From positions 128,001 to 192,000 of the IMG/VR virus record IMGVR_UViG_3300023174_000048: 64,000 nt of DNA. One strand, 5' to 3'. Positions within the stretch are counted from its first letter, which is position 1; each line of letters opens with the position of its first letter. The stretch is from a virus. Taxonomy: Duplodnaviria > Caudoviricetes. The notes beneath the pieces are model-generated. The model had not been told where the DNA came from and searched no databases. It was given only the letters and a program-made list of their open reading frames with translations. Below are positions 1 through 10,487 of the stretch, one piece after another. The translations under genes and the position numbers were made by a program.

Positions 1-3000
1 GCTGACTGCATTCCATAGTCTTTTGATAATTGATTTTCAAGCTCTTTTCTTTGAAATAATTGTACGGTCGATGTTACTCTTGCTATTGCTTTTAGTGACG
101 ATACTGATGAAGCCGTCTCTAATTTGCTGCTTGATGGTTGACCAACATCTGAACTATTAACAAGAGCCCACTTGGTTGCTTTCGATGTTCGTGTATTAAA
201 AGCTCCGGGACTACTAGATATGGAAAAATCATCAATTACTTTTGGAGTTCTTGATGGTTCATTAATAAGAGGAGAAGCCTGACCAACTAATACTGTGCTG
301 GGACTCCAACTAAATAGTTTCGAAGACAGGTCTGAACTTCCAAATTGGGCATTATTTAATCTTTCTTGTAATATTAGATCTCTTTCTTTATTTTTTAAAT
401 TAGTAATTTCCTGATTAATTTGAGAGATCTGTTTTCCTCTTTTCAGATTTAACCTATTAGCTCTTCTTATTCTGTCATTTTCTTCTTTATTAAATAGTCC
501 TAATTTCCTCGTATATGTTCTGAATGAATAAGTTGTGGATATTCCCTGTTGTCCAACACTTGTTTGTATAGAGGTTATAATTGGACCATCAACAAAGTAT
601 GATGGAGTTTTTAAGTCTAATACTTTGTATATTGCAGTAACTGTGTTTTCTGTATTAGGGGAGAAAGACATAGTTGCTCCTGGAATATATGATAAATTCA
701 CAACAGAAGCTACGGAGTCTTTAACGTCTTTGTAACCATAACCAGATGGCGATATAATATGCAATCCTGTATTGGCTAATGCAAAATTACCACCTATATT
801 AAATAATGGAAGTCCTGGCATATCTAATTGAGCAGTTTCTATAACGCTCTGGTAGTTCACTTTTGTTTGTATCTCTTTAAAAGCAACAATATCTAACTGA
901 TGCATTCCTCCATAATTCCAAGGAACAAAATCATCATTAAATTCTATATTAACATTTGATATTAAATTGTTTAATGCTTTATCAACTTCTGCTTGCGTGG
1001 TTGCGCGACTTGAATATGTGCAAGTTAATGGAAACGTTGATGATTGAGTAACAAGCTGACCAGATGGGAAAATACCAGTACCCTCTAGTGCTGGATAATT
1101 AGTCCATGGTCCATAAACAAATTGATTTGATTTGATTGGAATACCGGCAAAAAAAGGATGAGCGGCTTTTGGTGCTAGCTCAACATTATTTGCAGTATGA
1201 TTAGATGATACGGTATATAGTCCAAGAAAATATGGATTATCACTATCGTCTAATACTATTGGACTAATATAGTTCAACATGTATCTTATCCAATCCATAT
1301 CCCAATCATCTTTTCTGGTAGTCTTTAAGTATATCATCAAGTCTTCAGCTGAAATGTTGGATATTACTGTTCTGTTAGGATCTTTAGCATTTTCTTCGCT
1401 AGATAAATTTAAATTAATTCCTGGAGAATCTATTAAGATTTTTGGATTTTCAAATCTAGTAGGATCTATATATATAAAACTTTCTTCAACTGATGTTGAT
1501 ACGTAAAGTTTTGATCTTGGCATTGATATGCCTTTTGTCATTGTCCCAGTAAGCTCTACTATCTCTGCCCCCCAAGCATCATACGATTTTACTATTGAAC
1601 CTAGAGTTAATGCTGTTGTCATACTTCCAGTAGGTACTATGCTGGTGCCAACAGTGGAGATATATTTTTGGTCAACTATAACATAGTCATTATTTGATAA
1701 AGAAGAAATATCTAATGATGGAAATATGTAGCTATCAGTACAACTTTTTGTTTTATATTCATTAAGAGTGAGCCAACTATCATAACTAAAATATGGATTT
1801 GCCTGTTCTTTTATAATGTCTTGAATTGGCGTAGTTTTATTAGCGGCCACACACTTTGCCTGTCTAATATAGTCATAATTATAATTATTGTTATAGCCCA
1901 ATAATGGCTGAATCTTACCAGTATCGTCCGTTAATGTCATCCATTGTGTTCCTCCAACAGCCATACTATCATCTATTATGTTTCCATATTCTTCCCAGGC
2001 CCCATCATTAGTTGGCGTATAATTATATCTTAAATTACCGTCTCCACTAAATATGTATCCGTATCCAACATTTGTGGGAAAAGCGAATCCGGTAACACTA
2101 TTTTCTCTATAGGTTCTTAATTGATCAGCAGACACCATGTATTTTTTGCCATAATACTTTGCAATGTCCGTAATAAATTTATGAATTATTTTTAAATCTT
2201 GCAAAGCTTTTTCTTGAATATATTGGCTACCATCATTTTTATCTGGATAAACGGCAGTTGGATATAATTCGTCTCCGGCAATATTAGGACCAAGTAATTT
2301 CCAATACCAGTCTGTTTCTTGAAAAGCAATTTTTTCAGCTTTATCAAGTTCCATACCCATATTATTCACTAGTTCATCTCGTGTTTTAATATAGTATGCT
2401 CTTCTTATTAACTCTATTAAGTCTGGCTTATATGTTTTTGCTAATGAATAAACAAGATAATTATCAAATCCTGCTATTGCTGCTCGTATCTCAGATTCTG
2501 TTAATACAAAAAATTCTACAGGGTCATAACTATTTAATATTCCAAGATTATTAAATGTTGTTGTTGGAGGATCCAGATTTGCTGTTTGAGGAAGAGCAAA
2601 GCCAGCTCCAGTTTCAAGATATGCTCGGCTAATTGGCACATTAAGCTTTGGTAATTCTGATATTCTTACTATTATAGATATTTGAGATGTCCAGGTGTCA
2701 TACCATACTGGACGTATTCTTCTAAAATCAGTATTTGCAGAATCATTGGCTCCTACCTTTAATCCAATTTTATTATCATAAACGAAACCAAAAAATGGAC
2801 ATATATTATCTAAATATAATGGAAACCATCTTCCCACAGAAGTGTCTGTTTGTGAGTATGCAATAGCATGACTATTTTTAAAGCACGGTTCATAGTTACC
2901 ATAATTAACATCAACACCGTCTAAGAGTTCATTTTTTGTATTCCATATATCATCTTTAGTACCAAAACCCTTTGAGGCAGCAGTTTGCATAGTATCTTCG

Positions 3001-4769
3001 TCATTAATTATGCTAACATATGCTGTCTCTAGTCTGCTTGATGTTCCAAGATAATCTGATATTTTTTTATTTCTTGAACTATTAAAGTTTGGAAATCTTA
3101 TTTTGCCGTGACCATATTGCTTAGTTGTAATAGTTGGAGCATCATTACCTATCGGCGCTCCATCAGCCAAAGAATAGTAGTTAACAAATTTTCTTGTTCT
3201 GGGATTATAAATGAAATTATTCTGAGTATATGCTAATCTATAACTTTTTACTTGGTATAATCTTTGTTGCTGTCCTCCAATAACCAAACATCTTGATGGA
3301 GTATCATTCTTTTCTTTTCCTATAGTATTTGATGATACTTGATAATTATTGCATTCTAATGATTTTATAGTATTTTCAATAAGATTTGTACTAGGTTGTT
3401 TTAGCCTTGATATTGCTTTAACTTTTATAACATGATAAAGTTTAGCACTATATACTCGTGGAATCATTTCTATGCTAAAGTCACAACCAGCTCTTTCTCC
3501 AATATCATTTAATAAATCGGTTATGCTAAGAAATGGTCCTGTGGTTCGTATATCATTTGGCAATCTTTTCTTTATTCTAGTATTATCTGTATATATAACG
3601 TCATGAAGATCTAATACAAATTGACATCTATTTGTTGAGGTAGTATCATTTGACATAGCATTTAAAGTTTGAGGATATACTACTCCAAATCTATTAAAAG
3701 CTGATGTTATTGGTTCATATAAATTACCATTATCCTCTCTTTGCATACATTTGGATATGATTCTTCCAAATGGAGAAAATGCTCTTTTTATAGCTTCGCT
3801 ACTTCTGTTAGGAGTACTTCCTTGACCTAAAACAGTATCTAATTTAAATGTGCTATCATGCGTTATTGAAGTTAACATCATTAAAGCGTCTAGAATAGAA
3901 TTTATACTAACTCCTCTATCGTCTGGTCGTGCTATTCCATAGTTTCCCTCACCGAAAGACTCTAAAAATCCATAAATGTTGAAAATATTAGGAATTGTTC
4001 CATGCTTTAAATCAGTATCACTATAATTAGCACCAAGCGATTTTAAATAATTCTTTGGACCACCATATATTGACGTAGATCCGGGGGCATCTGCTTTGCT
4101 AAAAATTGATCCAGCATATTTATCAACTATAATATAAGAAGAATTTAGAATAGCCTGTGGACCATTAATAATAACAGTATAATTTTTACCTCCGCTACCA
4201 ATATCTCGTGACCAAGATTGAACAAAGCCCCCAAATTGAAAATCCCCCATTTTAAAATAAACAGGAGTATCGATTATATCATACTTATATCCTGGATGAC
4301 TATCCTCAGCAACGTTTGAGTAAGTATTTTCTTCTTGTATTCTTGTTTTTCTTCCAAAAAATCCAGGATCAGGATCTTTCCAGTATTTTGATATTAATCC
4401 TTTGGTTTCTGATAATTCATAGTATACTTTTCCTGGAACTATTCTGTTTTCTATGGGAGTAGTCTCACTAGCTGCCGCCCCAGTATATTTATCAATAAAA
4501 CATCCTACTCCACTACAAAGAGTATAATGATCATCAGTATTGATAGTACCAGTGAACTGCGGATACATGCTTCCGTCATTTGGTTGGCCTGCTGTGAGAG
4601 AAGGAGACGGATCACAAGAGTAGACCAATTCATCTTCTACTAAATTAACTGTTAATTGTGATGGCTGTGTTCCCCAGCCGAAGTTGCTAGTGAAACTGGC
4701 TACACTAGCTCCTAAGAATAATGTTTGCGCAATTGGTTTATCTATATTTGAACATACTTTTGTTGGCAT
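1..4769 (-). CDS. Large virion structural protein, probable baseplate hub/Tal-like; truncated at the left window edge
   Basis: Not in the ORF track because it has no stop inside the window. Manual translation from ATG at 4769 (1 nt after the stop of the upstream gene) reads MPTKVCSNIDKPIAQTLFLGASVASFTSNFGWGTQPSQLTVNLVEDE... and stays open for 1589 codons to position 3. The function is inferred from its position after the TMP and fibre genes only. Confidence 0.85.
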   Translation of the reverse strand, partial: MPTKVCSNIDKPIAQTLFLGASVASFTSNFGWGTQPSQLTVNLVEDELVYSCDPSPSLTAGQPNDGSMYPQFTGTINTDDHYTLCSGVGCFIDKYTGAAASETTPIENRIVPGKVYYELSETKGLISKYWKDPDPGFFGRKTRIQEENTYSNVAEDSHPGYKYDIIDTPVYFKMGDFQFGGFVQSWSRDIGSGGKNYTVIINGPQAILNSSYIIVDKYAGSIFSKADAPGSTSIYGGPKNYLKSLGANYSDTDLKHGTIPNIFNIYGFLESFGEGNYGIARPDDRGVSINSILDALMMLTSITHDSTFKLDTVLGQGSTPNRSSEAIKRAFSPFGRIISKCMQREDNGNLYEPITSAFNRFGVVYPQTLNAMSNDTTSTNRCQFVLDLHDVIYTDNTRIKKRLPNDIRTTGPFLSITDLLNDIGERAGCDFSIEMIPRVYSAKLYHVIKVKAISRLKQPSTNLIENTIKSLECNNYQVSSNTIGKEKNDTPSRCLVIGGQQQRLYQVKSYRLAYTQNNFIYNPRTRKFVNYYSLADGAPIGNDAPTITTKQYGHGKIRFPNFNSSRNKKISDYLGTSSRLETAYVSIINDEDTMQTAASKGFGTKDDIWNTKNELLDGVDVNYGNYEPCFKNSHAIAYSQTDTSVGRWFPLYLDNICPFFGFVYDNKIGLKVGANDSANTDFRRIRPVWYDTWTSQISIIVRISELPKLNVPISRAYLETGAGFALPQTANLDPPTTTFNNLGILNSYDPVEFFVLTESEIRAAIAGFDNYLVYSLAKTYKPDLIELIRRAYYIKTRDELVNNMGMELDKAEKIAFQETDWYWKLLGPNIAGDELYPTAVYPDKNDGSQYIQEKALQDLKIIHKFITDIAKYYGKKYMVSADQLRTYRENSVTGFAFPTNVGYGYIFSGDGNLRYNYTPTNDGAWEEYGNIIDDSMAVGGTQWMTLTDDTGKIQPLLGYNNNYNYDYIRQAKCVAANKTTPIQDIIKEQANPYFSYDSWLTLNEYKTKSCTDSYIFPSLDISSLSNNDYVIVDQKYISTVGTSIVPTGSMTTALTLGSIVKSYDAWGAEIVELTGTMTKGISMPRSKLYVSTSVEESFIYIDPTRFENPKILIDSPGINLNLSSEENAKDPNRTVISNISAEDLMIYLKTTRKDDWDMDWIRYMLNYISPIVLDDSDNPYFLGLYTVSSNHTANNVELAPKAAHPFFAGIPIKSNQFVYGPWTNYPALEGTGIFPSGQLVTQSSTFPLTCTYSSRATTQAEVDKALNNLISNVNIEFNDDFVPWNYGGMHQLDIVAFKEIQTKVNYQSVIETAQLDMPGLPLFNIGGNFALANTGLHIISPSGYGYKDVKDSVASVVNLSYIPGATMSFSPNTENTVTAIYKVLDLKTPSYFVDGPIITSIQTSVGQQGISTTYSFRTYTRKLGLFNKEENDRIRRANRLNLKRGKQISQINQEITNLKNKERDLILQERLNNAQFGSSDLSSKLFSWSPSTVLVGQASPLINEPSRTPKVIDDFSISSSPGAFNTRTSKATKWALVNSSDVGQPSSSKLETASSVSSLKAIARVTSTVQLFQRKELENQLSKDYGMQS

Positions 4770-4770
4770 A

Positions 4771-6780
4771 TTAATAATCTAAATAATTTTTACTATTTGT
4801 GCATTGCTGATAAACCCATCCAATTGATTTTGAATATCTTCCATTAGTAGGATCCCATGATTGAGTATCATTGGTCACATAAACTTGTCCTTGGGCATTA
4901 TTATTATTCCTATTAAAATTAGCATTTCCGAATATGTATGAAGCCCTATCTCCAAATGGCTTTAATCCTTCAATAATTCCTGTTATAGTTTGATACACCG
5001 TTCCTCCCGTCCATAAAGGACAAGTGGTATTTTGCATAAAAAAGCCGCCCATACTAGATGGTGGAACCACTCCAACCTCGATGGTGACGCTTTTTCTTGT
5101 TGATGTTTTTGTTCCAAGATTTTGTAAAACTGGCCCTAATGATCGACCCAAAACGAAAGCTTCTCCAATAACATCTGTTGGCCCAGTTTCTTCAATACTA
5201 ACACTTTCATATAAAACACCACTTATTATTGTAAACTTATTATTAAACTCATAACTATATGATATGCTACCCTTTTTAGGATTATGTGTTTCAGAAGTTG
5301 ATATCGGTATAATATTTAATACAGAATTTCTAGAATATACTGGATTATTTGGGGGCTGTGGTGGATTAACTGCTCCTGGTATATATCCTTTTGTTCTGTC
5401 AGGACTACTCATCGGTATACAAGCTCTTCTGTACAAATATGGCTTAACTTCATTTATCCATCCACTAACAGCGTTAGCATACTTACTAGCCATTAAATTT
5501 TTAGTTACTGGTAATCCATTATCTGCTATTGCTGTATTAAATGATAAATTATCTAACAGTCCGGTAGATGAACTTAAATCAAATTTTAAAGGACTTCCAC
5601 TACCACTAACATATGGAAGTCCAGTAATTGCTGGATTACTAATACTTAATCCTATAATTTCTCCTTGAACTCTAACAGTATGAATATATTTATCGTCAGT
5701 GCTCATTTCTAATGAATAATCTTCAATAAAAGTTATTCCTGTTGGCATGGCTAACCAAGTATCAGTTATCTCATATCTGGCAGCATGAACATCAAAATTG
5801 GTGGATCTTAGATGATTATAAAAATATCCATCGGTTCCTCCTATTCCTCTCGTTAGCATTGGTGACCATAAAACGTTATCTGTTTTTTTATCAAAAATAG
5901 CAGATGATCGTTCCATCACCCATTTTTTAGCATTATTAAATGCTGATACTGCTAATGGTGGATATCTGTCAAAATCTATTTTATTTTGTTCATTTATTGG
6001 CAAAGTACTTTTACAAAATCCTGTTCCAGAAGGTATTCCTACGGCACTAATTGTTCTAGAAACTTTAAATTGAGGAATACTTAGATAATTAATATCAACT
6101 GGTGCTACTGCTGTTCCTCCAGTATTTGTTTGGTTCGATTTGGGTTCTCCAGCAGTATTTGTTGGAGCTGTTGGCTTTAATTGAGGATTATCATACTCTG
6201 TTTTTTGTATTACATTAATAGTTCCTTTACTGTAAATATAGTCTTCTAATGGTTCTATGCTCCAACTATCACTATAATCTTTAACATACCAACCACTGTA
6301 TGCCGGTTCCAAATATTCCAATACCGCCGTATAATCTGCGGTAAATATCCAATTATCATTACTCTTGTTAACATCAAAACTAACTAATCTAACACCACCA
6401 GCGCTAAATATGCTAGTTTCTACAGCGTTTGGTGCTGATTTGCATGTTATATCAAAACTTCCACAAGTATTTATTTTGAATATTTGATTTAATCCACTAA
6501 TTGCTGACATCATTGGACCGATGCCACTACCATTAGGTGATGCTTCTTTAGTAATAGTAACTTTACCAGTTAATGTTATTCTGTTGGTAAAAACCATAGG
6601 TTCTCCTGCTTCGTTTCTTTCAACAGAAGTGGAGAAATCAATGAATGGAGTTGGTCCAGCAACAGTGTGGATACCGCTACCGTTGAAATATACTCCAACA
6701 GCATTAGTAGGACCAAGAGCTTGTATAGTAGCAAAATCTTGTGTAGAATTTAGAGCTTCTAATGAATAAACCATAATCAA
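4771..6780 (-). CDS. Putative distal-tail/baseplate structural protein
   Basis: 669-aa ORF, co-oriented and abutting its neighbours, with AAGGA RBS upstream. Beta-rich segments (ITLTGKV, VSRTISAVG, VRVQGEIIG, KSVTIEV) are suggestive of tube/hub-like folds. Function is inferred from synteny. Confidence 0.6.
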   Translation of the reverse strand: MIMVYSLEALNSTQDFATIQALGPTNAVGVYFNGSGIHTVAGPTPFIDFSTSVERNEAGEPMVFTNRITLTGKVTITKEASPNGSGIGPMMSAISGLNQIFKINTCGSFDITCKSAPNAVETSIFSAGGVRLVSFDVNKSNDNWIFTADYTAVLEYLEPAYSGWYVKDYSDSWSIEPLEDYIYSKGTINVIQKTEYDNPQLKPTAPTNTAGEPKSNQTNTGGTAVAPVDINYLSIPQFKVSRTISAVGIPSGTGFCKSTLPINEQNKIDFDRYPPLAVSAFNNAKKWVMERSSAIFDKKTDNVLWSPMLTRGIGGTDGYFYNHLRSTNFDVHAARYEITDTWLAMPTGITFIEDYSLEMSTDDKYIHTVRVQGEIIGLSISNPAITGLPYVSGSGSPLKFDLSSSTGLLDNLSFNTAIADNGLPVTKNLMASKYANAVSGWINEVKPYLYRRACIPMSSPDRTKGYIPGAVNPPQPPNNPVYSRNSVLNIIPISTSETHNPKKGSISYSYEFNNKFTIISGVLYESVSIEETGPTDVIGEAFVLGRSLGPVLQNLGTKTSTRKSVTIEVGVVPPSSMGGFFMQNTTCPLWTGGTVYQTITGIIEGLKPFGDRASYIFGNANFNRNNNNAQGQVYVTNDTQSWDPTNGRYSKSIGWVYQQCTNSKNYLDY

Positions 6781-6798
6781 ATATCCTTAGTATCTTAT

Positions 6799-9700
6799 TT
6801 ATGCTATATCAAACCAATTGTGAGAGTATCCTGTTCTCTGACTAAATCCAGCCCCATTCGTTACCAGTACAACGCTACTATTAGCAATTGTGATAATAAT
6901 TCTATTTCTATCTCCTCCATCTGTATAAGTCCACACTTTAAATATGGGACTAAGTAATCCATAATTCGGAATTACTCGATTCCAAGAGACCTTATTGTTT
7001 ATTGATTCATATACGTTTCCATCAGTTGTTGTGATAATATATCTCCCACTACTGCTAGTAGTCACATATATTCCATATCCGTATATTATTTTGTCTACAT
7101 TAAACATACTATTTTGTGTAGATGATGTTATAACACTCCAATATATTCCGTTACTACTGGTCATCACATTCATTCCTGCTCCATATTGTCTATTTCCTAT
7201 TATTATAAACTCATTATTAAGATATTCTAATGACGAACAAGGCACAATTTGTCCACTAAATGATCTTACTGTCCATGTTAATCCATCCGGAGATGTTGCA
7301 CAGGAGCCTGAGTTGTCTGTAGCAGCAACAATGATGTTGGCCCCATAAGCAATTCCTTTCCAATTAGCATAAGCTGGTAATGTAGAATAAGTAACATCTT
7401 TAACATTCCCATTTTGAAATTTAATTATAGCAACTTGAGAACTAGTATTTGATGTTAATATAAAGTTGTTATTAATAGGATCATATGTAGAATTAATCCA
7501 CAAGGCGCTAGTACTCGGTATCTCATTTGATATATCATATGATTGCCAAGTCATACCATTATCAGTAGAATAATTAATTATATAACTAGTATATGCTGCA
7601 GCAATAAATACTCCATTACCATAACAGATTGTTGTCCAATTTTGATTATCTGGTAAGTCCTTTAAAACAAAAGAATTACCATAGGTTTGAGATACCATAG
7701 CCTTGTTATTATTGTATGCTACAGCAACAGCATTAGCTTGAGGTATGGCACTAGTTGCTGTTGGAGTTATGGTTACTGTTGGAGTGGTGGTTGTTGTTAT
7801 AGTAGGAGTGATTGTTGGAGTTTGTGTTGATGTTATACTCGGTGTTATTGAAACTGTTGGCGTTATTGTTCTGGTTGGAGTAGCCGTGGCAGTTACACTA
7901 ATAGTAGGAGTAACTGTTATTGTTGGGGTAGTTGTAACAGTGTTTGTTATGCTTGGGGTTATAGTAATTGTTGGACTAACACTAGCTGTTGGAGTCGCAG
8001 TATTCGTGGAAGTTATTGTTGGCGTTGTTGTTCTAGTTGGAGTAGCAGTAGCAGTTGTACTACTAGTAGGGGTAACTGTTATTGTTGGACTAATACTAAT
8101 TGTTGGAGTCGCAGTATTCGTGGAAGTTATTGTTGGGGTGCTTGTTGGCGTATTTGTTACGCTTGGCGTGATTGTATTAGTAGGAGTAATTGATGGAGTA
8201 TTTGTCGTCGTTATAGATGGTGTGGGACTATTAGTTGAAGTTACTGTATTGGTAGGAGTTACTGTTTTCGTTGGTGTTGTAGTTAACGTAACACTCGGCG
8301 TTATGGTATTGGTAGCGGTATTACTTGGTGTTATAGTGCTTGTGTTCGTTTTAGTAGGGGTTATACTATTAGTTGGCGTATTGCTAGGTGTTGTTGTGGG
8401 TGTTTTTGTTTGTGTTGGGGTAGGGGTCAGAGTAGTAGACTGAGCAACAAAAGAGAACTCCCTCTCTGCTCCGTCATAAATAACCTCACCATTATTATTC
8501 AGTCTACCGGCTGCTGCTTTAAATGTATAGGTTCTTCCATTCACCATCCTTAATCTAACATCATTATAGTTTAGTGTTATGCTACCATTAGCATTTATGC
8601 CATCATAATCATCACTAAAATTAAGACTATCACAAGTTAAATAATAGCCACCAAAAATTGAGTTAGAGGGTATTGTTGGGGAGACAAAATTAATTGTAAA
8701 AGATTGTGCCGACGTTGTAACTGATACAGTTGGTTGCCCTATTGGTGAACCAATATTTAAAACAGGAACAGTCAAGCTAGCAGATCCAATTGTTCCACAA
8801 TTTGTTAGATTATTATCACAAGCACTAACATAAAAAGTTACAGTACTACCAGCAGATGGAAAAGTATTAGCTTCATAATAGCTTAAAACACTGTTGTTTG
8901 CAGTAATACCCTCATCTCCAATTCCAGGAACACTAGACTCTACTCTATAATTAATTGGTCCTGTGCTTGTTGATAATATATTTAAGTTTTCTGGATAATT
9001 CCAGGAAATACTAAAAGATGGCTGATTATTAGTAATAATAGTTTGTACAACAATGTTCGTAGGAGCAGTTGCTGGAAGATTAGCTGTTGATAATGATATT
9101 GATTGATTTAATAATGAAATATTAGGCAATAATTTACCATCAAAAAACAATCCTTTATATAAAGCTTGTATATTATCGTTAATAAAAACACTATTTTGAT
9201 AAATTAATTGTCCAAGATTTACCGGACTGCACATTGATTTGCTTGGAGTAACTGTTGGAGTAGATGTTTTAGTCGGGGTTGGAGTCTTAGTATTTGTTGG
9301 TGTTTTTGTCGGGGTTCTAGAATTAGTTACAGAAATTGTTGGAGTTATAGTAGGAGTAGATGTGTTTGTTGATGACGGCGTTTTAGTTTTAGTTACACTC
9401 GGAGTTACAGTTCTAGTAGGAGTTACTGTTAATGTACTTGTTTTTGTTGGTGTTTGAGTAACAGAACCTGTAGGAGTTTTTGTTAAAGAAACTGATGGAG
9501 TAACAGTATTTGATGGAGTAAGTGTCTGGGTTGGAGTTGGAGTTGGAGTGATACATCCAAGATTCGTTGGTCCATTAGCCACACCAGTTACTGAGTCTGC
9601 AGTTACTGATGTTGGAACAGAATCGCTTTTTGTAGAATAAGTCCAATAACCAGCTCCAGTTCCACCCTTATTTGGATCATAATAAGCAGCTTTATACCAT

Positions 9701-10470
9701 TCGTTCTCTGTTGGTATCCAGTAAGAGTTACTATTATTCTTTGATGGCTTACTAGTTCCTTGTATTATAAAACCAGATAAAGAATACACTCCATCCTCTG
9801 TAGTTGAGTTGGATGGAACTCCTGTTGGTTTCCCATTACTTAGCCAGTTCACATATCTTGCAACACAAAACCAATTTATAAAATTAACTGGTTTATCTCC
9901 CATGTTTGCAAGAGAAGCATAAGAATATGATCCTGAAATTCCTGATCTAGAAATGCCTCCTCTTTGTGCAATATCTCCCATTTGAGAAACCCACAAAGAT
10001 AAGCTGTTAGAAGATATTGCTACTGCATTTAAAAATTCAACATATTCATTATTAGTTATTAGATATTTTTTAATTTGATAAGTATAGCTCACAGATCCAA
10101 GATTATTATTAGAAGAGTCAGAACTATTATTTGTGTTATTAATTAAAACATAGTTCTGTGAGTCTATGCTTGCCGAACTTTTTGCTATTCTAAAACCCAA
10201 ATCACTTCTTTTAGAGTCAAAGAAGTTAATATCAGCATAAGTCTTTTTTAAAGAATCTCCATTGCTAGCAAATGATCCACCTCTAAAAATTGGATAGCTA
10301 TTACTTATAGTATCTAAAAGCTCATTAACATTTCCGCTTTGATCATATGTTCCGTAGTAACTAGGTTGTCCATTTGATCCTACAGAAGTAATATTACCAG
10401 TTAAAGCATTCCATGATGCTGAATTATTATAATTAGCGGTATTACAATTATTTAATAAATAACTCATCAC
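6799..10470 (-). CDS. Fibre/adhesin: N-terminal FGE-sulfatase (C-type-lectin-fold) domain, two Thr/Pro-rich linkers, Ig/FN3-like middle, C-terminal BNR-like beta-propeller
   Basis: Motifs YGTYDQSGNVNE, RGGSF...GFRIA, KPVNFINW, YWIPTENEWYKAAYYDP; long T-P-T-x-T runs; repeats STDNGMTW, TSPDGLTW, TSSNGIYW. Confidence 0.8.
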   Translation of the reverse strand: MMSYLLNNCNTANYNNSASWNALTGNITSVGSNGQPSYYGTYDQSGNVNELLDTISNSYPIFRGGSFASNGDSLKKTYADINFFDSKRSDLGFRIAKSSASIDSQNYVLINNTNNSSDSSNNNLGSVSYTYQIKKYLITNNEYVEFLNAVAISSNSLSLWVSQMGDIAQRGGISRSGISGSYSYASLANMGDKPVNFINWFCVARYVNWLSNGKPTGVPSNSTTEDGVYSLSGFIIQGTSKPSKNNSNSYWIPTENEWYKAAYYDPNKGGTGAGYWTYSTKSDSVPTSVTADSVTGVANGPTNLGCITPTPTPTQTLTPSNTVTPSVSLTKTPTGSVTQTPTKTSTLTVTPTRTVTPSVTKTKTPSSTNTSTPTITPTISVTNSRTPTKTPTNTKTPTPTKTSTPTVTPSKSMCSPVNLGQLIYQNSVFINDNIQALYKGLFFDGKLLPNISLLNQSISLSTANLPATAPTNIVVQTIITNNQPSFSISWNYPENLNILSTSTGPINYRVESSVPGIGDEGITANNSVLSYYEANTFPSAGSTVTFYVSACDNNLTNCGTIGSASLTVPVLNIGSPIGQPTVSVTTSAQSFTINFVSPTIPSNSIFGGYYLTCDSLNFSDDYDGINANGSITLNYNDVRLRMVNGRTYTFKAAAGRLNNNGEVIYDGAEREFSFVAQSTTLTPTPTQTKTPTTTPSNTPTNSITPTKTNTSTITPSNTATNTITPSVTLTTTPTKTVTPTNTVTSTNSPTPSITTTNTPSITPTNTITPSVTNTPTSTPTITSTNTATPTISISPTITVTPTSSTTATATPTRTTTPTITSTNTATPTASVSPTITITPSITNTVTTTPTITVTPTISVTATATPTRTITPTVSITPSITSTQTPTITPTITTTTTPTVTITPTATSAIPQANAVAVAYNNNKAMVSQTYGNSFVLKDLPDNQNWTTICYGNGVFIAAAYTSYIINYSTDNGMTWQSYDISNEIPSTSALWINSTYDPINNNFILTSNTSSQVAIIKFQNGNVKDVTYSTLPAYANWKGIAYGANIIVAATDNSGSCATSPDGLTWTVRSFSGQIVPCSSLEYLNNEFIIIGNRQYGAGMNVMTSSNGIYWSVITSSTQNSMFNVDKIIYGYGIYVTTSSSGRYIITTTDGNVYESINNKVSWNRVIPNYGLLSPIFKVWTYTDGGDRNRIIITIANSSVVLVTNGAGFSQRTGYSHNWFDIA
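7745..8443 (-). repeat. Thr/Pro-rich T-P-T-x-T-x low-complexity coding repeat
   Basis: About 230 aa of TPT(I/V)T(S/T) hexapeptide-like repeats in the 1223-aa protein; similar shorter tracts at about 9230-9560 and 44750-45000. Confidence 0.9.
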
Positions 10471-10487
10471 GTTTCCTTATAGGGCTA

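Noticed and set aside
7745-8443. 232-aa plus-strand Val/Gly-rich ORF (also 9239..9457 and 44584..44799)
   Set aside because: Antisense shadow of ACN/CCN-rich Thr/Pro repeats in real minus-strand genes; no RBS or promoter context, and it would oppose the whole operon.
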